From: Candidatus Dormiibacterota bacterium
GTDB lineage: Bacteria; Chloroflexota; Dormibacteria; Aeolococcales; Aeolococcaceae
NCBI GenBank assembly: GCA_963709585.1
Contig: CAVPXI010000004.1
Span: 64,001 to 128,000, forward strand
DNA: 64,000 nucleotides
Direction: 5' to 3'
Shown here: positions 1-8,848 of the stretch, piece after piece
Layout: each line of letters begins with the position of its first letter
Position numbering within the stretch: position 1 is the first letter of the stretch
Program-made: the position numbers and the translations under genes
Notes under the pieces: model-generated
Databases searched by the model: none
What the model was told of the DNA's origin: nothing
The model's input: the letters and a program-made list of their open reading frames with translations, nothing else

Positions 1-645
1 CAGCTCCCATTTCACCGCCGAGCCGGTCACGACGTCCAGGGTCAACGGTGCGCCAGTTGCCGCTGCATCCAGTGCGACCGTGGTCGCAGCCGCGGACCTT
101 GAGCAGGGTTGAAGATCCGCCTTGACCGCACGGTTGGTCGATTGGATCTCAAGCTGCCCGCTCCCAATGCAGTCGTATTGGACGTACAACACCTTTGCTT
201 GGGCCAGGAAGGTGGGGAGCACCGCTCTGCCCGTGCCCCGCGTGGTGGGCACCACGATCTGAGCTGATGCGGGAAACCCGGAGCTGCCGGTGTCGGGCAT
301 TGCGGCAAGCTTGGTAGCCGGCGCAGGTGCCGTCGAGTGGACGTGACCGCTGAGCTCGAGCCCAAACGTTGCAACCGCCGCCGCGACCACTGCAATGCCG
401 ACTGCCCCCGCCAATCGACTAAGAGCCTTATGACGCGGACGGTCGGCCACAGGAGCGAACGTGATCAGCCGCGCTGGTGGGTTCTTGGCCTCGATGCGCT
501 CGTCCATGGACGCAGCTCTCCGAACGACAGGTCGCGTGGACACTCCGGCTCCCGCTCGGGCGCGCGTGATCAAGCCGGGTGGGAGCGGGCTCTTCAAGGC
601 TGTCAGCCGGTCACTCAACGATTCCGTCAACTGCGGTGCGTCCAT
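1..645 (-). CDS. Single-pass membrane protein downstream of ECF sigma, probable anti-sigma partner (runs off window start)
   Basis: Read by hand from ATG at 645 (MDAPQLTESLSDRL...), TM segment LAGAVGIAVVAAAVATFG, no stop before base 1; overlaps the sigma gene end. Confidence 0.65.
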   Translation of the reverse strand, partial: MDAPQLTESLSDRLTALKSPLPPGLITRARAGAGVSTRPVVRRAASMDERIEAKNPPARLITFAPVADRPRHKALSRLAGAVGIAVVAAAVATFGLELSGHVHSTAPAPATKLAAMPDTGSSGFPASAQIVVPTTRGTGRAVLPTFLAQAKVLYVQYDCIGSGQLEIQSTNRAVKADLQPCSRSAAATTVALDAAATGAPLTLDVVTGSAVKWEL

Positions 646-1211
646 AGACTGTCCTCCAGCAGCATCCGCCGCAACGCGATTAGTGCCCGGTGCGTGGCGA
701 CCGCGGCGGCACCTGATGAGATACCCAGCGCGGCAGAAATACCCGCGTAGTCGAGATCAGCGCCGAACCGCAACGCAAGTACTGAGCGCTGGTGCGGCGT
801 GAGCGCGCGTATCGCTTCAAGGAGCCGCTCGTTGCTGATTCCAAGCGGTATCTCGTCGTTGCCGGTCAAGCCACTGCGAAGTTGGACGAGTCGTTCCCAC
901 AGTCGTTGCCGCCGCCCCGCGGCTCTCCCGGCATCTCGCGCGACGTTCACGACTATGCGCCAGAGCCATGCCTCGACCTGACCTTTCCGACTGTCGAAGC
1001 GTGGTAACCCTCGGAGGGCACGCTCAAGCGCCGATTGCGCGAGATCCTCGGCCTCGAGGTCACTGCCCGCCACCATGCTTGCGAATTGATAAACGCGGGG
1101 GGCGTACCGCTCGCAGAGTTCGCCGGCGGAAAGCGATATCGCCTCTTCGCTTGCCGATATGCGGTCGGCAGCCACTGACGCAACGTTCGTGGAGGTGGTC
1201 ACGAGATGCAT
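627..1211 (-). CDS. ECF-type RNA polymerase sigma-70 factor
   Basis: Region 2 (AEDLAQ...AWLWRIVVNVARD) and region 4 (LTPHQRSVLALRFGADLDYAGISAALGIS) motifs. Confidence 0.9.
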   Translation of the reverse strand: MHLVTTSTNVASVAADRISASEEAISLSAGELCERYAPRVYQFASMVAGSDLEAEDLAQSALERALRGLPRFDSRKGQVEAWLWRIVVNVARDAGRAAGRRQRLWERLVQLRSGLTGNDEIPLGISNERLLEAIRALTPHQRSVLALRFGADLDYAGISAALGISSGAAAVATHRALIALRRMLLEDSLWTHRS

Positions 1212-1649
1212 ACGCTCGAAGTGCCGGCAAACATTACATGGCCCTCTCCAGACAGGAGGACATCCTCAGGTTACTTCGTGTGGCGTCCTCACCTCGCCAC
1301 CAACGTGCCCGGCTCCTTGAGAGGTACGCGCCTGAGAGTGGCTGCTCAAGCACATTCGCGGATGCTGCCATCGGCGAGGGTCCCTTCCGTCGAACCCAGG
1401 ATTGACTATGAGCGGCGCGGTTCTTGAGGTCGTACGCGAGGAGTTCAGGCGCATGCACTGACGGTCGTCCTCGCTTCGACGACTTGCATGAAAATAGGAA
1501 ACGCGTCCGCTCGTCACCGGGCGCGTTCGCGCCGTAGGGTGTCAGCCGGGGTGTCGGCTGAACGCGTGCGCGGCGAGCGTGGCCGGGCTCGAGTGCGACG
1601 TTATTCCTTGCTGGCAGCTCGCGCCGTGGTTGCGGTGAAGGTTCCTCAT

Positions 1650-2210
1650 TTAGTGCGGCTGCCCTAAGGTCACTGCTCCCGTCGGCGCACCATTGCCGTT
1701 TCGCGGCGACTTACGGCCCTTCTTCCGTGGTCGACTACGCCACTGTTCCCAGGCAGGAGCGCGACGTATGCAGAGAACGGCACCAATCAAAGGGGAGTAC
1801 CAAACCAGGTAGGCGAGGAGAGAGATAAGGGGATTGCCGGCTGCGAACACGAGTTTGAGGCTGAGCGGATACAACGCAGTTCCCGCAGCTATCAGCAACC
1901 AGCCAAGCACCCAAAGTCGCATCGGCATGGCCGATGCCGAGACTGCCAGTTCGCGGGGCACCAGGCGCTTCCGAATAGGTGCCAGGATCAACACGGTCGG
2001 GTAGGTCGCAACGACGGCAGCAGTGAGGAGCGGACCTTCGGTAAAACCGAATGGAATGGTGAGCGCGAAGAAGATCACCATCACACCCACGAGTAGAACG
2101 GCCCCCGGCCAGTAGCGGACACCTTCATCCCAGCGAGGGGTTGCGTATCCCAGAGGATATGAATCCCAGCGGGGTGGCCGTTGCTTCTCTGGCTTCCCTT
2201 CTACCTTCAC
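1650..2210 (-). CDS. Hypothetical membrane protein (about 4 TM)
   Basis: 186 aa ORF with four hydrophobic segments and a basic tail. Confidence 0.6.
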   Translation of the reverse strand: MKVEGKPEKQRPPRWDSYPLGYATPRWDEGVRYWPGAVLLVGVMVIFFALTIPFGFTEGPLLTAAVVATYPTVLILAPIRKRLVPRELAVSASAMPMRLWVLGWLLIAAGTALYPLSLKLVFAAGNPLISLLAYLVWYSPLIGAVLCIRRAPAWEQWRSRPRKKGRKSPRNGNGAPTGAVTLGQPH

Positions 2211-2292
2211 GTCAGCACGAACGATAGCTCACCGACGACGGGGAATTGGCATAGCGGCATCAGTTTCGTGCGACCATTTCCTGTGGGCTCTG

Positions 2293-2472
2293 ATGGACAG
2301 GGATGAAGCGCTGCTTCGGCTTCGTGCCGCGCTGATCGCTCTGATCGGCGGTGAGCCATTCGCGGGAGCAGGCGTGCCGAGGCGTCCGCGCTCGCCGTCC
2401 GGCCCGGACGCCGCCGCAGTCAAGCTCCCCAGCTCGAACGAGGACCTTGACAATCGGCCTACCCCGCGCTGA
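2293..2472 (+). CDS. Small hypothetical protein (59 aa)
   Basis: Hand-translated MDRDEALLRLRAALIALIGGEPFAGAGVPRRPRSPSGPDAAAV...; below the ORF-track cutoff. Confidence 0.35.
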   Translation: MDRDEALLRLRAALIALIGGEPFAGAGVPRRPRSPSGPDAAAVKLPSSNEDLDNRPTPR

Positions 2473-2730
2473 GGAGGGCGTCGTGCTGCTGGACGTCAGA
2501 ACGTCGATGACGTGGGTGACGATCTTCCAGGGCGGGACATTCAAATACCAAGCGGGGCGGGGTAGATGCAAACCCTCGAACCGGGGCCGCTCGCGCGTCT
2601 GATACGAGCGCTTCTCATGGTCATCGCTCCGCGGCGCCGGATTGTTCCTGGCCATGACGAGAGGCGACCTCCGACTGAGGGAGCAGGGGTCCCGGCGCGA
2701 CCAAGAGGCCCACCCCGACATTGAATGCGG

Positions 2731-4126
2731 GGTCAAGTCCCAGGTAGTGGTGTGAATTCGTTGGAGTTCTCCCAACGTCGGTGAATTACGCGACGAGTCC
2801 CTCCGTGAGCGGGTTGGTGAGCAACGCTGGAGCGTCCGGGTGGAGCACGCGCGCCATCGATTGCTGACTGAAGTGCCGGCGGCCGTCCTGCCACTCGTCG
2901 TGTTGGTCCTGGAGCACGGCGGTGAACAGACGCAGCAGTGAGGCGGTGTTGGGGAAGATGCCGACCACCTTGGCGCGGCGGTCGAGCTCGGCGTTGACGC
3001 GCTCGATGGCGTTGGTCGACGAGATCGAGCGCCAGTGGTCGACGGGGAAGTCCAGGTAGGCGAGCACATCGGCCTCAGCCGCACGCAGCTTGGCTGCCAC
3101 GGCGGGGAAGCGCGGCTCCAACACGTTGAGGGCATGGTTCACCGCATCTCGTGACGTCTCACGGGTCGGCTGCAGGAAGATCGACTTCACCACCGCGAGC
3201 ACCGCCGGCGCGTGCAGCTTGGGCACGGCGCTGGCCGCGTTGCGCAGGAAGTGCACCTTGCAGCGCTGCCACGCGGCGCCGGCGAACACCTGCGACAACG
3301 CACTGCGCAGCCCTTCGTGGGCGTCGGAAATGACCAGTTGCACGCCGCTCAGCCCACGCCGCGCCAGGCTGCGGCAGAACTCCAGCCAGAACGCCTCGGT
3401 CTCACTGGCGCCAATGGCGAGGCCGAGCACGCTCTTCTCGCCGGTCTCACGCACGCCGACGGCGACCACCGCGGCCTGGCTGACGATCCGCGCACCCTGA
3501 CGCACCTTCTCGTAGGTGGCGTCAAACCAGACGTACGGGTACGGCTCATCGAGCGGTCGCTCACGGAACTCGGCGAGCTCTTCGTCGAGGAGCGCACAGA
3601 TCCGGCTCACCTCGCTGCGACTGATGCTGCAGCCACCCAGCGCGGCCATGAGGTCATCGACCTTGCGGGTGCTGATGCCGAGCACGTAAGCCTCCTGAAC
3701 CACCGCCAGGAGCGCTCGGTCGATGCGTCGTCGTGGCTCGAGCAAGGTCGGGAAGAAGCTTCCAGAACGCAGCTTGGGGATCTGCAGCTCGAGGCGCCCC
3801 GATCCGGTGTCGAGGATCCGCTCTCGGTAGCCGTTGCGATACGTGGTCCGGCTCACCGATCGCTCGTGCGGGCCGGCGCCGATCTGCGTGGCCGCCTCGG
3901 CTTCGATCAAGCGCTGCATCGCCTGCTCGAGGACGCGTCGCAACACGTCGGTGTCTGCGCCTTGGAGTTGCTCGAGCAGTGCCGGGGGCATCATCCTGTT
4001 CTGGGCCATCGTGGGTCTCCTGGTTTGGGTAAGAGCTTCCAAGAGAACTCCGCGGTGGCCTTCTCTGTCTACCTCGTCGGCAGTCCAGAAGTCACCCGGA
4101 TTTACACCACGTTAACGGACATCACT
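2731..4126 (-). mobile_element. IS256-family insertion sequence
   Basis: Imperfect terminal inverted repeats (GTCAAGTCCCAGGTAGTGGTGTGAATTCG vs reverse complement GTGATGTCCGTTAACGTGGTGTAAATCCG) flanked by direct repeat GAATGCGG at 2723-2730 and 4127-4134. Confidence 0.92.
2786..4009 (-). CDS. IS256 family transposase
   Basis: YRNGYRER, IPKLRSGSFFP, WFDATYEKVR, LVISDAHEGL, WQRCKVHFLRN, STNAIERVN motifs; start taken at ATG of MAQNRM. Confidence 0.96.
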   Translation of the reverse strand: MAQNRMMPPALLEQLQGADTDVLRRVLEQAMQRLIEAEAATQIGAGPHERSVSRTTYRNGYRERILDTGSGRLELQIPKLRSGSFFPTLLEPRRRIDRALLAVVQEAYVLGISTRKVDDLMAALGGCSISRSEVSRICALLDEELAEFRERPLDEPYPYVWFDATYEKVRQGARIVSQAAVVAVGVRETGEKSVLGLAIGASETEAFWLEFCRSLARRGLSGVQLVISDAHEGLRSALSQVFAGAAWQRCKVHFLRNAASAVPKLHAPAVLAVVKSIFLQPTRETSRDAVNHALNVLEPRFPAVAAKLRAAEADVLAYLDFPVDHWRSISSTNAIERVNAELDRRAKVVGIFPNTASLLRLFTAVLQDQHDEWQDGRRHFSQQSMARVLHPDAPALLTNPLTEGLVA

Positions 4127-4466
4127 GAATGCGGGCGAAGCCGAACCTGCCCAGCGATCCAAACTGACCCCTACCGATCTTTCCTGAGTTGACTTTTGTG
4201 CCGCTGACATATCGTCTTGAGCCCGGCTTTTCGTGACGCAAGAAGGGTCGTGCGCACCGCCGGTGCAACTGTGTGTGATGTGAAGGAGCGATGCCGAGAA
4301 AGAAATGCGTTGGATGCGGAGAAAAGATGGAGGGAGAGAAGGCGGATGGAGGCGTGTGGCGATGTGGATGAGGGAGTTGGCTGTGGAGGCGTGGCCTGGG
4401 TAGCTGGCTCGGCGGGGTGTGTGGTTTTCGGAGCGGGCCTGCTCCCCCCGCTCGGGCGCGTTGCGG

Positions 4467-5033
4467 CTATCGAGCCATCCCGCCGCGGGGGGACCATCCC
4501 AGCCGCTTGGCCCGCTTCCGCTCCTCTCGCTGCCTGCGCCCGTGCTCCGCGCCGGTCAGATGCGGGGACGTCAGCAGAACCACGGCGCGCTCGGCGCTTT
4601 CCCGCACCGGCGTCCACGGCCCTCCCGGCGCCTGCACTCGGGCGCACTCCGCGGCTGCGGCGGCGATCGCCCGCCATGCGGCCACGGCTGCCGGCGTTGG
4701 GGCGGGCGCCCCACGCAGCACGTGGAGACTGTCTGCGTTTGCGAAGGCGCTATCCCAGCGGCGCAGCGCCCGACGCGCAGCGGCCTGGCGTGCGCGCTCC
4801 TCGCGCGCGGTGGCACGAAGGCCGGTCAGCGCTTCCCGGCGCGTCTCCCAGAAGCCCGCTCCGGAGAGACGTAACCGCCCTTGCGCATGTGGCCATCGCG
4901 GCATCGACTCGGGTTGGCCCTGGCGTCGACGCCTGTAGGCAGCAGCGCGACACGCTTGGCCGCAGAATCGCGGCGGACGGCCGCGGACGGAGCGCATCTC
5001 TATTGCAACGTTGCATGCGGCACAGTGGATTGG
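4467..5033 (-). CDS. Putative zinc-finger protein of the integrative element (start uncertain)
   Basis: Frame of ORF 4467..4997 extends upstream to HCAAC...GRPPRFCGQACRAAAYRRRR (CxxC...CxxxC). Confidence 0.5.
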   Translation of the reverse strand, partial: PIHCAACNVAIEMRSVRGRPPRFCGQACRAAAYRRRRQGQPESMPRWPHAQGRLRLSGAGFWETRREALTGLRATAREERARQAAARRALRRWDSAFANADSLHVLRGAPAPTPAAVAAWRAIAAAAAECARVQAPGGPWTPVRESAERAVVLLTSPHLTGAEHGRRQREERKRAKRLGWSPRGGMAR

Positions 5034-5236
5034 ACTTCTGATCGACGACGCGCGGCTTCACGTCGTCGTCATCGCGCCGCGATCACGTGCAGGACGAACA
5101 CCGGCGATATGCGGCGACCGTTGCCATGTCCCGATATCGCGCGCATTGGATCGAGTATGCCGTTGCGCCCGAACGCATACCAGCGATCGCGAAAAGTGTA
5201 AGCGACCGGTAAGCGCCAGGGATGTAGAGTGCAGAC

Positions 5237-5530
5237 ATGTCGCAGTCAGAGTTGGTCTTCGATGAACCTCGTGTACGAGAGAACGCAGAGGTTCGGTTCC
5301 AGCCGCTGACGTCCGTCCGCGCTTCTCACGAGAGCGGTAATCGTGCGCGAGCGCTCCTGATCACCGTACGCGAGGCCGCAGAGCGACTTGGATGCGGTCG
5401 CACGTTCATGTACGAGCTCATCAGTGCTGGCGAGCTTGAGACGGTCAAGCTTGGAAGGCAGCGCCGGGTTCCCGTGGCAGCGCTCGACGCCTTGGTCGAA
5501 CGCCTTCGAGTCAGTGCACGCGACGACTGA
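5237..5530 (+). CDS. xis: Excisionase-family helix-turn-helix protein
   Basis: LLITVREAAERLGCGRTFMYELISAGELETVKLGRQRRVP; next to the integrase. Confidence 0.85.
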   Translation: MSQSELVFDEPRVRENAEVRFQPLTSVRASHESGNRARALLITVREAAERLGCGRTFMYELISAGELETVKLGRQRRVPVAALDALVERLRVSARDD

Positions 5531-5588
5531 CGATCATTTCGCGCGGGCTCGCGTTCGAGATCGGTGCTGCGCATCCGAGAGAAGTCCG

Positions 5589-6713
5589 CTAAGGACGCAG
5601 GATGTCGTCCATTGCACGTGCGGCTTCGCGTTGCATCGTCGGTGTGACATGGGAGTACAGATCGAGCGTGATACCCACAGTGGTGTGGCCAAGCATCTCT
5701 GAGACGATCTTCGGGTGGATGCCACGTCCCAGTAGCAACGTCGCGGCGGTGTGGCGCAGATCGTGAAAGCGGATGCGGGGGAGACCGGCCCGCTTCAACA
5801 ACGGCACGAATTGCCCAAGCAAGAGGTGGCCTCCATCCTGTGGCTTCCCGAACTGGTTGGGGAAGACGAGATCGTGGTCCTGCCATTCCTCGCCGAGGAG
5901 GAGTCGCACCTCAGTCTGGCTGGCACGGTGCCGGCGCAAGGCATCGCTGGCAAAATCGGAGAGTTCGACTTGGCGGCGCGAGCGGGATGTCTTCGTCTCG
6001 GCGATGACAAGCTGACGGTCGAACCCGCGCTGGAGTGTGCCGACGACGTGGATGGTGCCGCGGTTGAGATCGACATCGCGCCATCGCAGCGCGAGAAGCT
6101 CGCCGCGTCTCATGCCGGTACTCACCGCGACCGCGACGATCGCCTCAAGTGGCCCTTGCTTTGCCGCCTCGAGCAGCACCCGTACCTGGTCCGGGTTCAG
6201 GACCGTCATTTCAGTTCGGCGGACACGTGGAGGGTCGACCAGGTCAGCGACGTTGCGGGGCACGAGGTTCCAGCGCACCGCTTGGCCGAGCGCCGTATGG
6301 AGCGTCGCGTGGAGGTGATGCACTGTGGTCGTACTGAGGCCGGCACGGAGGCGGCCCTCGTAGAGACGCGTCAGGTGGTGCGGCGTCAGGCGACTCACCT
6401 TCACGTTGCCGATCACGGGCACGATGTGGATGCGGACGTACTCCTCGCTCCGGCGCCAGGGCGCCGGGCGCAACTGGGACCGCCGCCCCTCGAGCCAGGT
6501 GGCAAGGAACGAGGCGACCGTCTCCTGGCCGCTGGGCAGCGGGAGGCCACTGCTGAGCTGTTGAGTGAGCGCTCCGAGCTTGTGGGCGACGTCGGTCCTG
6601 GTCTTCCCGTATACGTAGCGCCGCCGTCCATTCAGCCCGGTCGCGTAGGCCGCCCAGCGTCCGTCCGCGCGCTTGACGATCGACCCCTCACCCTTCCCTC
6701 GTCTCCCTGGCAC
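5589..6713 (-). CDS. int: Tyrosine recombinase / site-specific integrase
   Basis: N-terminal GEGSI arm-binding motif, TGMRRGELLALRW, RFHDLRH, MLGH, LDLYSHV catalytic residues; abuts tRNA 3' end. Confidence 0.96.
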   Translation of the reverse strand: MPGRRGKGEGSIVKRADGRWAAYATGLNGRRRYVYGKTRTDVAHKLGALTQQLSSGLPLPSGQETVASFLATWLEGRRSQLRPAPWRRSEEYVRIHIVPVIGNVKVSRLTPHHLTRLYEGRLRAGLSTTTVHHLHATLHTALGQAVRWNLVPRNVADLVDPPRVRRTEMTVLNPDQVRVLLEAAKQGPLEAIVAVAVSTGMRRGELLALRWRDVDLNRGTIHVVGTLQRGFDRQLVIAETKTSRSRRQVELSDFASDALRRHRASQTEVRLLLGEEWQDHDLVFPNQFGKPQDGGHLLLGQFVPLLKRAGLPRIRFHDLRHTAATLLLGRGIHPKIVSEMLGHTTVGITLDLYSHVTPTMQREAARAMDDILRP

Positions 6714-6741
6714 CCACTAAGTATGCCAGCGTCCAGTATAG

Positions 6742-6760
6742 GGTGTCAATAAGGTGTCAA
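6742..6760. promoter_or_regulatory. Tandem GGTGTCAA repeats (integrase arm-type sites and/or int -35 boxes)
   Basis: GGTGTCAA at 6742-6749 and 6753-6760, each containing TTGACA on the minus strand; TATACT/CATACT lie downstream toward int. Confidence 0.5.
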
Positions 6761-6811
6761 ACTCAATGTGAGCTGGCTTGGGCGGATAGCTGGCCTGAAG
6801 TCTCACGGACC

Positions 6812-6838
6812 AAAGCCCCTTATCCGCTAAGGGGTTTT

Positions 6839-6839
<1 letters not shown>
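6812..6839. terminator. Hairpin after tRNA-Ser 3' end
   Basis: AAAGCCCCTTA-TCCGC-TAAGGGGTTTT inverted repeat. Confidence 0.6.
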
Positions 6840-6928
<89 letters not shown>

Positions 6929-7029
6929 GCGTGGGCTCATGCCAGTTTAAGCGGCATCCTCCTCGGCGAGCGAGGGGTGGGGCACCAGGTTGAATCGTTT
7001 CGTTGACGAACGGGCTCCGAACGCCGACC

Positions 7030-7425
7030 ATGAACCGTGTGCTCGGACTCATCATCTTCGTCGGTTGCATCCTGGCGTTCCTGCTGCTGCTCTTCTGGTA
7101 CGTCTTGAGAGGCGAGCCGAACACCGAGCCGGCAATCGGGACCAACCGGCCGTATCCAGAGGGAGTCGGGCCGACCGGGGCAGGCGCGGACGAGGCGCCC
7201 TATCTCCCAACCTTCATTGTCAGCGAGGCGGAAGAGTTCCGCCGCAGCGCCGACCGACGGCTGACTCGTATGTTCCGCCAGCCGCGCGTCCGGGCTCGAA
7301 GCTGGATGGACGAGCCCGGCGCACTCGAAGCCGCGGGTCTGGTCGATGCTCCACCCCCGTCACCCGAGCCGAGCGTTACTCCTGCGGTGCCACCTCGACG
7401 ACACCGGCACAAGAAGCACCGTTAG
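7030..7425 (+). CDS. Hypothetical protein with N-terminal TM helix
   Basis: MNRVLGLIIFVGCILAFLLLLFWYVL followed by a Pro-rich region. Confidence 0.6.
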   Translation: MNRVLGLIIFVGCILAFLLLLFWYVLRGEPNTEPAIGTNRPYPEGVGPTGAGADEAPYLPTFIVSEAEEFRRSADRRLTRMFRQPRVRARSWMDEPGALEAAGLVDAPPPSPEPSVTPAVPPRRHRHKKHR

Positions 7426-7919
7426 GCCGAGCCGCTGCCCATCCCCTCGAGTTGATCTGCGTGCTGCTCGAGGTGACCGACGAGGAACATCTCGACCAAT
7501 TCGTCGACGGTCATCTCTCCGAGTGTCGGGTGCAGCCCACGGATCTCCCACTGATCCGGTTCGATGTTTCCAAGGAAGGTGCGAAGACTCGCGATGTCCG
7601 CGCGCGTGTCCGCCCAGAGCACGGACACCGGCTCACGCCGATCGCGCTCGATTGCGCCGATGCGCTCAGGGTCGCCCTTGGTCCGTCCGAACGGAACCTG
7701 CGCTTCTGGCGACTGACGGCCCAGGACCGGCCCCGCCTGGACGATCCAGTACGGGATGAATTCCGAGAGATGAGCCCAGACCTGGCCGCGGTCCCATCGC
7801 TCGCCACTGTCGGGATCCGCATCGGTGAGCGCTCCGGGGGGCGGCGCCATCGCTGCCGCGGCGGCTAACCGGGCTTCGACCGCGTCGAGGCGCGCGAGGT
7901 ACCCATCGGTGGTGCTCAT
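7422..7919 (-). CDS. DinB/YfiT-superfamily protein
   Basis: W...QVWAHLSE and GLHPTLGEMTV...GHLEQHADQL metal-binding His pattern; start MSTTDG overlaps the FAH stop. Confidence 0.7.
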   Translation of the reverse strand: MSTTDGYLARLDAVEARLAAAAAMAPPPGALTDADPDSGERWDRGQVWAHLSEFIPYWIVQAGPVLGRQSPEAQVPFGRTKGDPERIGAIERDRREPVSVLWADTRADIASLRTFLGNIEPDQWEIRGLHPTLGEMTVDELVEMFLVGHLEQHADQLEGMGSGSA

Positions 7920-8848
7920 CGCAGTGGCCGCAACGGGGCACCAGCGACCACGCGATTGCGAAGTTTTCCCAGCCGTTCGACGGCGAGCTCGACGACGTCG
8001 CCCGGCTGCAACCATGCATATCGATCGCTGCCGTGCACCAGGGACAGCTCGAGGATGCAACCGGTTCCGCACGTGCCCGAACCGATCACGTCTCCCGGCT
8101 CGACCCGGGTACCGCGCGATGCGTAGGCGATCATCTCGCCGAAGCTCCAGAAGATGTCCGCAAGCGAAGCGCGTGAATACTCGACGCCGTTCACAGTCGC
8201 GGTCATCTCGAGGTCGTAGCTCTTGTCGCGTCGCGTGTCCTCGAGCTCATCCGGAGTAACGAGCACGGGTCCGATCGAGGTCGCAAAATCCTTGCCTTTG
8301 ACTGGGCCCATGCTCAGCTTCATCTCGCGTCGCTGAAGGTCGCGCGCGCTCCAGTCGTTCATCACGCAATAGCCGGCGATGCCGAGCTGCGCCATGTCGG
8401 GGTCGAGGTCAGCGCCGCCCATACCCACCACAGCCGCGACCTCCAGCTCGTAGTCCATCTCCGCGCAGCCCGGCGGAATCGCGACATCAACGTCAGCGCC
8501 GCCAACCGCGTAGGGATTGCTGAAGTAGAAGACCGGCAGCTCGTACCAGTCGGGGTCCATTTCGAGGCCGCGTCGCTGGCGTGCGGTGCGCACGTGCTGT
8601 TCGAATGCGTAGAAGTCCCGAACCGTCGGCGGCTTGGGAATCGGCGCGAGCACCTGGACGGCGTCGAGCTCGAACACGTCATGCGGATCTCTGCGCAGCT
8701 CATCGCCCTCCGCAGCGAGCAGCGTGCCGTCGTCGCCGAGGAGGCTCAGCAGGGTGGTCCCGGGACCGCACGCGTGGATCCGCCCGTCGACGAGCAGGCC
8801 CGCGCGCCCGGCAGAGTACTTCGACTCGGTGAACGTCACCCAGCGCAT
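7916..8848 (-). CDS. Fumarylacetoacetate hydrolase family protein
   Basis: RDFYAFEQH, DYELEVAAV, NDWSARDLQ, KGKDFAT, GDVIGSGT; start MRWVTF. Confidence 0.92.
   Translation of the reverse strand: MRWVTFTESKYSAGRAGLLVDGRIHACGPGTTLLSLLGDDGTLLAAEGDELRRDPHDVFELDAVQVLAPIPKPPTVRDFYAFEQHVRTARQRRGLEMDPDWYELPVFYFSNPYAVGGADVDVAIPPGCAEMDYELEVAAVVGMGGADLDPDMAQLGIAGYCVMNDWSARDLQRREMKLSMGPVKGKDFATSIGPVLVTPDELEDTRRDKSYDLEMTATVNGVEYSRASLADIFWSFGEMIAYASRGTRVEPGDVIGSGTCGTGCILELSLVHGSDRYAWLQPGDVVELAVERLGKLRNRVVAGAPLRPLR

Noticed and set aside
4150-4172. AAACTGACCCC resembling an IS21-type end
   Set aside because: No partner repeat and no istA/istB
4328-4338. GGAGGGAGAG match to the tRNA-Ser(TGA) 3' end as an att site
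   Set aside because: Only 10 bp inside a purine-rich tract; expected by chance
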